Origin: Spizellomyces punctatus DAOM BR117
Lineage: Eukaryota
Assembly: GCA_000182565.2 (NCBI GenBank)
Contig: KQ257456.1
Reading direction: 5' to 3' (one strand)
DNA length: 26,754 bases
Shown here: positions 1 through 10,600 of the stretch, piece after piece
Layout of the letters: every line of letters starts with the position of its first letter
Position numbering within the stretch: position 1 is the stretch's first letter
Program-made: the position numbers and the translations under genes
The notes under the pieces: generated by a model
What the model was told of the DNA's origin: nothing
What the model saw: the letters and a program-made list of their open reading frames with translations, nothing else
The model's database searches: none

Positions 1-1965
1 TCTCCTTCACTGCCACTGCTTGTCGGAGACTCTGGACTTCCATTCGTTTCGACATGCTGATCATGGTCATCTTCGGAAGGACGTTGCTGTTTGCGTGGGG
101 GTAAAAGTTCCACTCCCCCAATTTTCGCTCTGACAACGGTCATCTCATTTTGAGTAAGGGTTCCAGTCTTGTCCGAGCAAATTGTTGTTGCGCTTCCCAT
201 CGTCTCGCTAAAAACGAGAGCAGGCATATCAGAGAAAGATTAAACCGTGATTGTTTTAATGTGAGCGTATTTCAACATACCAAGCAGAAAGAACTCTAAC
301 TAAATTTCCATCCGTCATCATTCTGGTCGTAGCATATGCCAACGCAATGGTTACGGCCATAGGGAGACCTTCCGGAACAGCGACGACCACAATCGTTATA
401 CTCTGGATCACGATGGCCACAATAGCGCTGACAATGTTAACGGCGGGAGGGATGTCCTTGTCTCGCTGGCTGGGTGGTGTATGTTGCCGCGTGACGAAAT
501 ACTTTATCAAAAGAGTGCTGTAGGTGGGCAAATGTGGTCAGTCGATGCGACCCAATTTTCAATGATCAAATGACAAAAGTATTGATCCTCACATGAGCAT
601 TAGGATTGCTGCTGCGATGCCGAATTTGGCGATGCGCTCTGCCAAAGCCTGTAGCTTTTCTTGAAGCGGTGTAGCAGCATTTGCATCATCGTCGCGAATT
701 GACTGGTGAATTACCATCATCGCTGCGTGAGCAGGTCTCGCAGGTGTAAACTCCAAACGACCTTGCATCACGTACCATCATAGCACTACCCATGACCGAT
801 TTTTGCCCTGAATGTTCGCAAACCCGCCAGAAACCATGTCAACATTCTCATTTGTAGGCCAACACACGTAGCAACCTACCGACGCAACAGACGACTCCTC
901 TCCCCATTCCCTCCTGGATCCTACTACCACTCAACAAGACGACATCCTCACCGATCTTCTTCTGAGTACTCTCACTCTCCCCCGTAGAACTTGATTCGTC
1001 CACTTTGAGCTCCGATCCACGGACCAGGAGACAATCTGCGGCTAGGATTTCACCAGAATCGAGAAGGTAAATGTCCCCAACAACTAATGAGGTGCTTGGA
1101 ATCGTCACTTCCTTGCCGGATCGAAGGACTTTGACTTTCCGATCACTCTTTTTTGCGTTCAGTTTCCGGAATTGGCGTTCTTTTTGGTCTTAATGACGAA
1201 TACTTTGGTCAGTGCGCATCCCAACAATAGCTCTTTCCATATCTCACGTACAATCGTTCACAGAGTTTGTCAAGACCACGACCAAGACCGCGACCAGGAT
1301 TCCCGCTCCATCGACCCATCCAACGCTAACAGATTCCGAAAGTTAATACTTGGGGTCGTTCCATAGGAAGCGAAAAGGGCCCCGTATACCCACCGAGGCT
1401 CCTCTGGATCATGTAGTCCTACAATGTAGACAGTCAATGGCGAATCAACCGAGAACAACATTGGGCGGCACAATTCACCAACCAGAAAAATAATCCTCCC
1501 ATATACCAATCCCCAGTGAAATGAGTGCCGCTATGCTCAAAAGAACTGCGAAAATGTCAATGTAAACATGTTTGGAAGGTTCGGAGAGAAGCGATTCGAG
1601 TACACCTACTCAAAGTCTTATCGGACAATGCCTCCCACATGAGCTTACAAAATGGTTTTGATTTCGCTTCTGGAAGTACCTATACACTATGTCAATCCCA
1701 GTGTTTCAAATATGAAATGACGGCTACATACATTCTCGCCATATTCTTCTTTCCGCGACTTTTCATCCTTCTTGTCCAATCCCTTATCAGGATCCACTTT
1801 CAAGCTCTCCAAAACCCCATCAACTCCTCCCAAGTCATCAAGAAGCGCCTGATTCTTGTGGTCTTCAAATACAGCAGCGAGTTTGTCTGTTATACCAGAT
1901 GACTGATCGTTCGAGTCAGAGGAGGTCCGGACGGGATGGTAGTCGCTGCTTCGTGGGCGTGCCAT
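1..1965 (-). CDS. PMC1: Plasma-membrane/vacuolar-type Ca2+-transporting P-type ATPase (P2B, PMCA/Pmc1 family), 5' part; multi-exon, runs off the window at position 1
   Basis: ATG at 1965 (MARPRSS...). Exon 1 is 1965-1732 (ends EYGEN) and exon 2 is 1679-1610 ([23 protein letters not shown]), followed by further short exons. Spliced motifs are [35 protein letters not shown], actuator [18 protein letters not shown]4 [19 protein letters not shown] and the phosphorylation motif [21 protein letters not shown] (DKTGT at 173-159). Confidence 0.93.
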
Positions 1966-2903
1966 GATGGTGGAAGCATAGGACAAAGGAAACTTTGGAC
2001 AAGAAACTGTTCAGAGGAAGAGCGGAGCGTGGCTTCACGCTTATTACGTCACTTGGTTTTTAGAGTTTACAATGCAGGATCGAAATTACAATATACCCTA
2101 ATTTGGATTCATTAAGTAGATGAGCAATTAACCTTCCATAACTTCGGCACTTTTCCGACTCTCCAACCGCTTTCCGGGTTATCGGCCCAGCAATTCACCA
2201 TATGGAAATACAGACCCAATTCCCAACTATGCTATCGAGGAACTGAGACCAAAAAGTACGCAGCGCTGCGGAGCTACCTTGAGGTGGGATGTTCAGAGTC
2301 GACAAGGAGGCAATAATGACATGATACAAAACGGCGCTGTGCAGGCTAAACACCCGGAGCTAAATCTCAGCATTCTGCATGGCAATTGTCAATATGTGAA
2401 TATGTGAGTGGGCGGTCAGATGTGGCAGTGGAAAATGCTGGCCGTAGTAATTATCTGACACCATTAACCCAAACCCATATCGCACTGGTCATTCCGACGC
2501 TAACCAGACTCAATATCCCTTTTTGGAAGGCAAACGTTTGGAACAGGTGACGGGTGAGGGTAGTCACTCTGCACACTTCATTCAAGTCATCCGCATGTCG
2601 GACGAATTGCTTTGCCGGGCGGCGAAAACGTTGTAGCTGTCAAAGATGTGGGCGCCTCGGTTGTCCTTATTGTGAGCTCCGCTGGCCTCACGTCCAGAAT
2701 GACTCTGGATATTGGGTAATATTGCATAGAATGCAGGGCAGACGTTATTCCAAAGTAGCGTCAGTCTCAAATTACATCTCATCTAAAGGAAACTCCTTCT
2801 TGGAGAAAAAGAAAAATGCCAGAAAATCTATCTAGAAAATTGTATGCTATATAACGAGCTACCATAGAAGGACCCCCAAAACAAGAAAAAAACACATGGC
2901 AAC

Positions 2904-4202
2904 TCAACTATAACCACTATACGGGCCTTGACTCCCGCTATATGGATTTCCATAATTGGCAGATCCACCGACATTTGCTGTCGTTGCACCATAGCTTGTC
3001 GCATATCCATTTTTTCCGTAGCTTACGGGAACGGGCGAGCTTTGGCGCGACAAAGTTCCTTCATAGTATCCTCGGAGGTCATACCCATCATCAACGGTTC
3101 GCGTGTCGCTTTTGCTTCGCAACCGGCTGTAGATTACGTAGGGCGTACTCGCTGTCCAAGCTGCTCGGCCGGTTCCAAATACGAGCCAAGAACAGATTCC
3201 GACAATCGCCCCAGCGTATTCTCTAACGCCAGCTTCCTTGTCACTCTCTGAATATTCTTGTCGAATGACAGCGCGGATCTGCCTAAAGTTGGCGCACACC
3301 ATGATGGTCAAAAAGACTATCCCCCACATTCCGAATCGGTAACACATTCCCAGTGATATCCGGGTCGTTGCGCTACTGTTGTTACTGTTCGAAAATCCCT
3401 TGCTCTGGGATGATGTCGCTCGTTCGGCGTCGGTGTCAATACGTTGTCGGTAAATCAGGAGCTGGACACCTGCATGAACTAGAACGTACGACAAGGAGCT
3501 TGAGAGGCCAGTACATGTGAAGCTACAAGGGTGATCATGTACATACCGATCATGAACAAGGTCGCTACGACGAACAGGGAATTGAAGGGTAGTGGGCCGT
3601 ACGCGTAGCCATTGATGGGAAATTGATATGTGCAGTATACTAATAGGATGCGTCAGCCGTTTATTTACGTCTTTCAGAATGAGATTGAAGGCGCGATCTT
3701 ACCAGCATGTGGACCAAAGCCAATTCCTTTTGGTTTTTGACTGTTCATGATACCGACCACAATGGTGGGTATCAATGACAAAACCAACGACGAAAGAAGG
3801 AACCAGCCGAACCGTCGGCGTTCCTGGTCTCGAAATTTGCTCGTGCATACCGCACTCCACACGTTGAAGGTGAGAAAAAAATTGAGGACATAACTGTATA
3901 AGAAGAAATAGTGGTCAAGCTCAGTGTCGCCTCAACACGCTTCTTCCTCATACTTACAGCATACTCAACAGGTACAACAGTACGAGTGCCTGCACTCTAC
4001 ACACTTCGGGATCCAAATCCTTGATTTCCCCTTTTGTAATGCCCATCCCAATGAAGATTACCAGCGCAAACACGATGTAAAGTCCTGCAAAGACTCGTAG
4101 AGTAATGTTCTTTTTGACACGTGTATATATGAGGATGAGTTCAAAGGCAGCGAGGGCGGAGATGGCGTAGAGGGCGAGGAGGACAATGTTTTTGACCTCC
4201 AT
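2904..4202 (-). CDS. 7-transmembrane GPCR-like protein (~364 aa; resembles cAMP-receptor-like/Git3-type fungal receptors)
   Basis: Exons 4202-3958, 3893-3703, 3639-3547 and 3469-2904 join in frame through GT-AG introns; a second in-phase acceptor 9 nt upstream is possible for the last exon. There are about seven hydrophobic segments, a Cys at the start of TM3 (VCRVQALVLLYL), a Cys in the ECL2 position (VYCTY), TM7 ending WLVFGT, and a Ser/Tyr/Gly-rich cytoplasmic tail. The family assignment is inference. Confidence 0.72.
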
Positions 4203-5494
4203 AGTGAAATTACTTGAACGGTGGCAATAGAAAAGGACCGAGTTGCGAAGATGATTCCCGTGATATTTTGATTCTAGTCGCGCGCAAGGTCAACGTCCCA
4301 TAGGGCGAGACGCTCAATTGGAAGGGCTAGGAGGGACGCTCAAGTAGCGAAATGGACGGACGGTAGCTCGAACAAGCACTACTCGTTCAACGTCGTTAAC
4401 AAGGCCATCGACACGGAAAGTAAAACGACGACGGCAAACGGAAGACGAGCCTGGTGGGGGGAAGCCGAAAGCAAGTCTTTTTTTTTGTCTGTTAGCGTCT
4501 GATTTTTTTTTTGCCTGTTTTTGCCTTTGACTTTCCGTACACAACGTTAGTGGCCATCGAGAGGCTTGAAAAACCCAATTTGATTAAATCGACAAATGGC
4601 GTGGGTGTTTAAATTGCTGGCAACATAAGTTGCAAAGTGACAATTGTCACCAGACATCATCAACATTGTCATCATTTACCCTTTCTTTCCAAATTGTCGC
4701 ACATTTCTTGCATTGATAAATGTTATACTTCAAGCAAAGCATTGCACCATCCAAGTCTGCCAGCATGTCCCCATGGGAGGTCTCATCGTTTTTCCTTTTA
4801 CTGTTCAACTGTGGTTTAACAAAAGGAGGTGCCCGATCTGCGCACATCTGGGGCGTTGGCAGGCAGGCAAACGAGCAATACACCAGTACTGCACAGAAGG
4901 AAAGTCTCTTCTTTGGCAATGAAAGACGCAAAAAACAAAGTTCTGGCTGGTACCATTGGTACGGCAGAGGAAGTTGGACACGTGTGTTACGCTACTGACA
5001 AATTTGCAAAACGAAAAGAAAAATCTGTCCTTCCCTGTCACTTTGTCTCGTGGACAGGCTCCTTTGCCTCCCGTAAGTGTGGCTCTCTCTCACAGCTCCC
5101 ATGCTCCGTAGTCGTGAGACATGCAAGTCAGGTGGGCTTGTCAGTGCAGTGCGAAGAGGAAGTTGCAGTGCCTCCAAGTGGAGAGGAGAGCATGCAAGTT
5201 ATGGCATTACTCTGGTCGACACACCACCTGTGGCCTTATCGCAAGAGCTGCGCACCAGGGGATAAGATAACAGAGTAGTAGTGTACACCTGATGTATGGC
5301 TTCCATCCACATCTTGAGACAGAGTTTAACCAAAGTTCATTGCGGAGATTCTAATTTCCGATTACCATATCCCCAACTGGTCATATAACTTAAAAAGGCA
5401 AATGGTGCATTTTGCACGTGATCGTAATTAGTCCGTATTAGGCATAATTAAACCATTGGAACCAGAAGCGGTTTTAATTTACGCAACCCGCGAA

Positions 5495-6044
<550 letters not shown>

Positions 6045-6422
6045 GCAAGTTGATTATCTTCGCTCGGCGTATGCATTTTGGCTTTGTGGCTCGGTGGGAG
6101 CCTGTGTTTTGTCAACACTTTTGAAGCCTGTGTTTCTTTTTGTCAACACACTTTGAGCATCTTATTGTATAAATTGATACCTTTTGTAAATACAAACCAT
6201 GCAACACCACATCAACCGCGTAATTGTGCGGAAGTTTTGTTTTTTTGACCGTTATCGTTATCTATTTTTTTTCTCTGAGTGGCTCGAGTGGCTCGACCAC
6301 CAGCTGTGACGCGCTTGGCGCGCGATGAACGCATGAGCAAGTGATTTCAGGGGTGTATCCTTTATTAGGATCCTTTCTACTTAGATTCTACATAGAAACC
6401 ACGTGGCAGCAAGGGGTATAGT

Positions 6423-6495
6423 GGGCCTATGGCCCAATGGACAAGGCGCCTGACTACGGATCAGGAGATTCCAGGTTCGAATCCTGGTAGGCTCG
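6423..6495 (+). tRNA. tRNA-Arg(ACG): Cytosolic tRNA-Arg(ACG), intronless
   Basis: Full cloverleaf: acceptor GGGCCTA/TAGGCTC, D arm with AATGG, anticodon stem CCTGA/TCAGG around CT-ACG-GA (ACG at 6456-6458), T arm CCAGG-TTCGAAT-CCTGG, discriminator G. Confidence 0.97.
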
Positions 6496-6514
6496 ATCTA
6501 TCGACACTACGATC

Positions 6515-6523
6515 TTTTTTTTT
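6515..6523 (+). terminator. RNA polymerase III terminator (T9) for tRNA-Arg
   Basis: Run of nine T residues about 20 nt downstream of the tRNA 3' end. Confidence 0.8.
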
Positions 6524-7044
6524 CAAACCTTTTTTCATATCCCCTCTTGGGTGGCTGATGGACGCATCTTTTTCTGTTTCATCGTGACAAGGTGGACATG
6601 CAACACTGGAATGGATCGAGGCAGAACGGCATCATTTTAATGACCACACCATACCCACATGGTGCACACACAGAGATTTATACACACACACACACACAAG
6701 TGGTTTTGTCCTACTGGTGAACCATGAAGCATTGAGCACATCTAAGCAATCCCCATATATGCTCGTGTTGCATATTTCTTTTGTGGTTATTGGACCGACT
6801 CACCGCATTGCCTCGCTTGACATTCCACTGGGAAGCCCCATTGTAACAACTGTAATCACTTTATAACTCTATTAGACAAGTGCAATCAGACATGTCCATA
6901 TGTAAATGCCATGGATAGCCATGTTCTAGTGAGATGGAGAGAGATGGAGAAAAAGAAAATCGGAAGCGCGTCATGTTCGCAGTTCTAGTTTAAACTCGTT
7001 TGTAGATGGCACAGCAATTACGTACTTTCCCCCCCCTCGTTTTG

Positions 7045-7046
<2 letters not shown>

Positions 7047-7076
<30 letters not shown>
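7047..7076. repeat. (TG)15 microsatellite
   Basis: Perfect dinucleotide run upstream of OGT. A shorter (AC)n run lies at ~6682-6698. Confidence 0.95.
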
Positions 7077-7078
<2 letters not shown>

Positions 7079-7657
7079 TCCTTTGCTCATTTCGCATCTG
7101 GTGCTGGTTCCTTTCCCCAGATTTTTATTTTTTTTTTATTTTCTTTCTTGTTTATTCTGTTCAATTATCGTATTGCTTTTCAAACGGGCATTCATCATAA
7201 CAAGGCTTTACAAAGGTTGAAAGCAAAAAGGACACACACAAAAGGGCCGACGGAAGTTGGGCGTCAGTTTAGGATTTTTGTTCCCCTCCGTGTGTACGTT
7301 ACGCCAAAAAAAGTGACGATTAGCCGCCTAGCCGTGTGCGCGTGAAAAAAGCCCCTTCACCCCGCCGGGACCCACCCAACTGCCCACCACCAACACACAC
7401 ACAGATAATCCAACACGACGACTGCAGTCTGCCCCAAACACTCGCCCCACATCTCATTGTTCGTCGAGCCCAACTAGCAAAAGGCACCGCAGACTCGGGA
7501 CCTCCGACTTCCTCTTGAAAGGAGCAGACCTTGCGGACTCTGGTGACTTTTTTGTGGGGAGCAACAAGGCATCCGAGAATGAGGCGGGAGTGATTCAACA
7601 GAGACCTTTTCATTCCTCAAACAAGAACAGCAACAACGTACACAGCAAGTAGCGCAA

Positions 7658-10600
7658 ATGGCCGTTCCCCAACAACCTCCTTCTCCTGCCAATATTGCAA
7701 ACTCACATTTTGGTAAGTAGTTGAAATGCCTGAGTGATTCCCAACTGAGGTACTGGTGAACGGCGTCGTGTGTATGCAACGAGGACTGCGAGTCGACCCT
7801 GCACAAGGCCCGGAACCTAGGCAAAAAGGATTTGCCATTCTGCTTCTGCACAGTCAGTTCTCGACCCGATTTACAGAGTGCACCGCACATCCACATGCTA
7901 CCTCAATCTTGCCAAAGAGATTTGGGACTAACTTTTCCCTTTGGCGGTCTTTTTCTTGCTAGGGTTTGGGCATTACCGAAGGGATTCACGGACCATGATG
8001 GGGCAGACGGCAACCGACGCTCGCTTGCTACTCGAACGGACCGGTTCCGATCTTCAAGCCTACTCCATTTCTACCACACAGACGAACGTTCTTCCCCAAC
8101 GGACAGCCTCCAGACAACCTACCTCGTACCCTTTACGTAGCAGCTCTACCACCTTTGCCCGGCACGTTGGATCTGCAACACTGGCAACTCCTGTTCAGTT
8201 GTACGCGCCGTCAAACACCGATCCAGCATTGTACGCACAATTCCCACAACACATGCTAAAGCCCATTGTAACGCTGCCACCTGTCCAGCAAACTCAGCAG
8301 CCAGCATTTCTCGGTGGCGCTTCGGCCGAAACCTACCATCAACACTTTCAATCTTCCCTTCAGCAAACGTACGCTCAACCGCATGCACCACAACTGCAAC
8401 AACCAACAGCTGCACCATCTTCACAATCGCTGCAACTCTTGCAGCCGCTTGAGCCTCTGCAATCCCTCCAACAATCCGTTCAACAGCCGCAACAGCAGCA
8501 GCAGAATCACCATCATGCATCAACGCTCTATTTTCCGCAGCACAACCTTCCCGCCGGAGCCACGGCCGTTGTCCCCGTCGCCCCCGGCGCCGCCTATCCC
8601 CTCCACGCCGTCAATTACATCAATGTTGCGAATCCAAGCCCGTCATTTGCCCACTTTACTGCCAACATTACCCAAATGCCGAATCAAATCTACTATCAGC
8701 CGATCATGTATCACCAACCTCATCCGATGCCGATGCATGCACTCGCATATGGCGGTTTGGCATACAGTGGTCTTGGAACGCAGGAAATCGTTGGAGGCTC
8801 GACATTTAGCGCGCTGGGAACATCAGGTATTGATGGGTGTAGCATTGGAACAGGGTCCATACCTGGATCGGCAATGGGACTGGTTCCTACGCCTGCTTCC
8901 ATTCCTCCGACCAGGGAATGGTTGGGTATGTCCTTGCAAATTTTAGTAGTGTCGCGGTGAGGTGATTGACTTGTTCTTTCCTCTATAGAACAAGGACTCA
9001 GTATAGCTCATGACAAGTACAATGCGGGCGACTTTACCGGTGCCTACAACCTACTGCAGACGCTGTACCAAGCGAATCAAGCACATCTTCCTACGCTACT
9101 CCTACTCGGATGCACATGTTATTCGCTGAACCTGCATCAGTTGTCCATTCATTACAACAATCTGATCCTGCAACTGGATCCGCACTTTGCAGAGGCGTTT
9201 TCCAATCTCGGAACAACCTATCGGGTATTATTCATTGTATGTTTATCTGTATGGGCGTCTACTAATCGTGTCCTGCAGGCTATGGCGCAGAGTGGTGTAA
9301 ACAATACCGGAAGTCCAAGCTACAACCTGAACATGGCTGAGCAGTACTATCGCATTGCGATTTCAATTCGACCAAAGTACTGGGATGCGAGTATCAATTT
9401 GGCAGGATTGTTAAGCGCCCATGGCCGTTATGATGAGGCGATTCTCGTGTACACAGCATATGAGCGCGCTCTGGAAGAAGAGTTTGAAGCGGATGAGAGA
9501 TTTGATTTGATGGTCGATATGGCCAGAGACGGCGCAGAAGACAGTGACTTTGTGACACTGCTGACCGACATTGAGAAGCGACGAAAGGCGCGCATCACCT
9601 ATGAAAAAGCATCCGGTGCAAGTGCCACTGGTGAAGGTAGCGGCTGGACAGATGGACGGCGTCGAGATTTGTATTACGCAAAGGCCAGTCTTATTTATGC
9701 GATGGGGGATATCGTTCGCGCCAAGTACGAGTTTATCAAGGGTCTGGTGGCGATTGGTCTAGATCTTGTTTCCGTCTATTCTCAGGCTAGCAGTGGGGTG
9801 CTTCCTCTTCCAACCGTCACACCAGCGCAATCTTTGGTGGCCTTGCAACAGCAGCAGCAACTTAAGGGCCTCAAGATGAATCTCGAGTACAATAACACAG
9901 CCTCAGCCATCCTGCAGACCCTGGCAAAGATTTACCAGGACGCCCAGCAAATGGCGTTGGCTGTGTCATTCTACTACATTGCGCTGAGTATCTGTCCCAA
10001 TGCGAATACCTGTAACAACATCGGTATTCTGCTTGCTCAACAGCGATTACACGAAGCTATTTCGTGGTACGAGTTTGGACTGAACCTCGAGCAGAACCAC
10101 GTGCATCTTTTGACGAATCTAGGGTCTGCGTTGAAGGATCGAGGGCAAGTGAATGAAGGGATCGCGTGCTACCAACGCGCAATATCTATTCAACCCGATT
10201 TCTTTATTGCCTTGGCGAATTTGGCGAATGTGTATAAGGATTTGGGTCGTGTGGAAGAAGGAATTGACCTCTACCGACGAGCCCTTAAAGTCAAACCCGA
10301 TTTTATCGAAGCCTTTTGCAATTACGTCAACAGTCTGTTGTTTATTTGCGATTGGGAAGAGCGGGATAACAATCTGAAGAGGATCTATCAGATTGTTGAT
10401 CAGCAGCTTCGAGATGGTCGCAAACAGGTGCCGAAATTGGTACCGACTGTTCTACCATTCCACACATTTACCTATGCCAGTTTGTCGGCTTGGATGGTCC
10501 GTGAAATCAGTCGGCGGAATGCGGAGCGGGTGCTGTGGAATGTGTTGGTTAGCGATTGGTTCCCTGGATTCCCAGAGCGACCTGTTAAAGGGGCGGCTGG

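Noticed and set aside
2100-2900. Short ORFs between the Ca2+-ATPase and the 7TM gene
   Set aside because: No recognisable motifs or consistent splice structure; compatible with promoter and 3' UTR sequence.
4560-5300. Cluster of overlapping 60-150 aa ORFs upstream of H4, one with a CxxC (QCKKC)
   Set aside because: No family signature, no terminal repeats and no coherent exon chain. It may be a decayed element, but this cannot be supported from sequence alone.
6355-6384. GTATCCTTT, a perfect U12-type 5' splice site
   Set aside because: Intergenic, with no host exon and no proper TCCTTAAC branch site at a workable distance.
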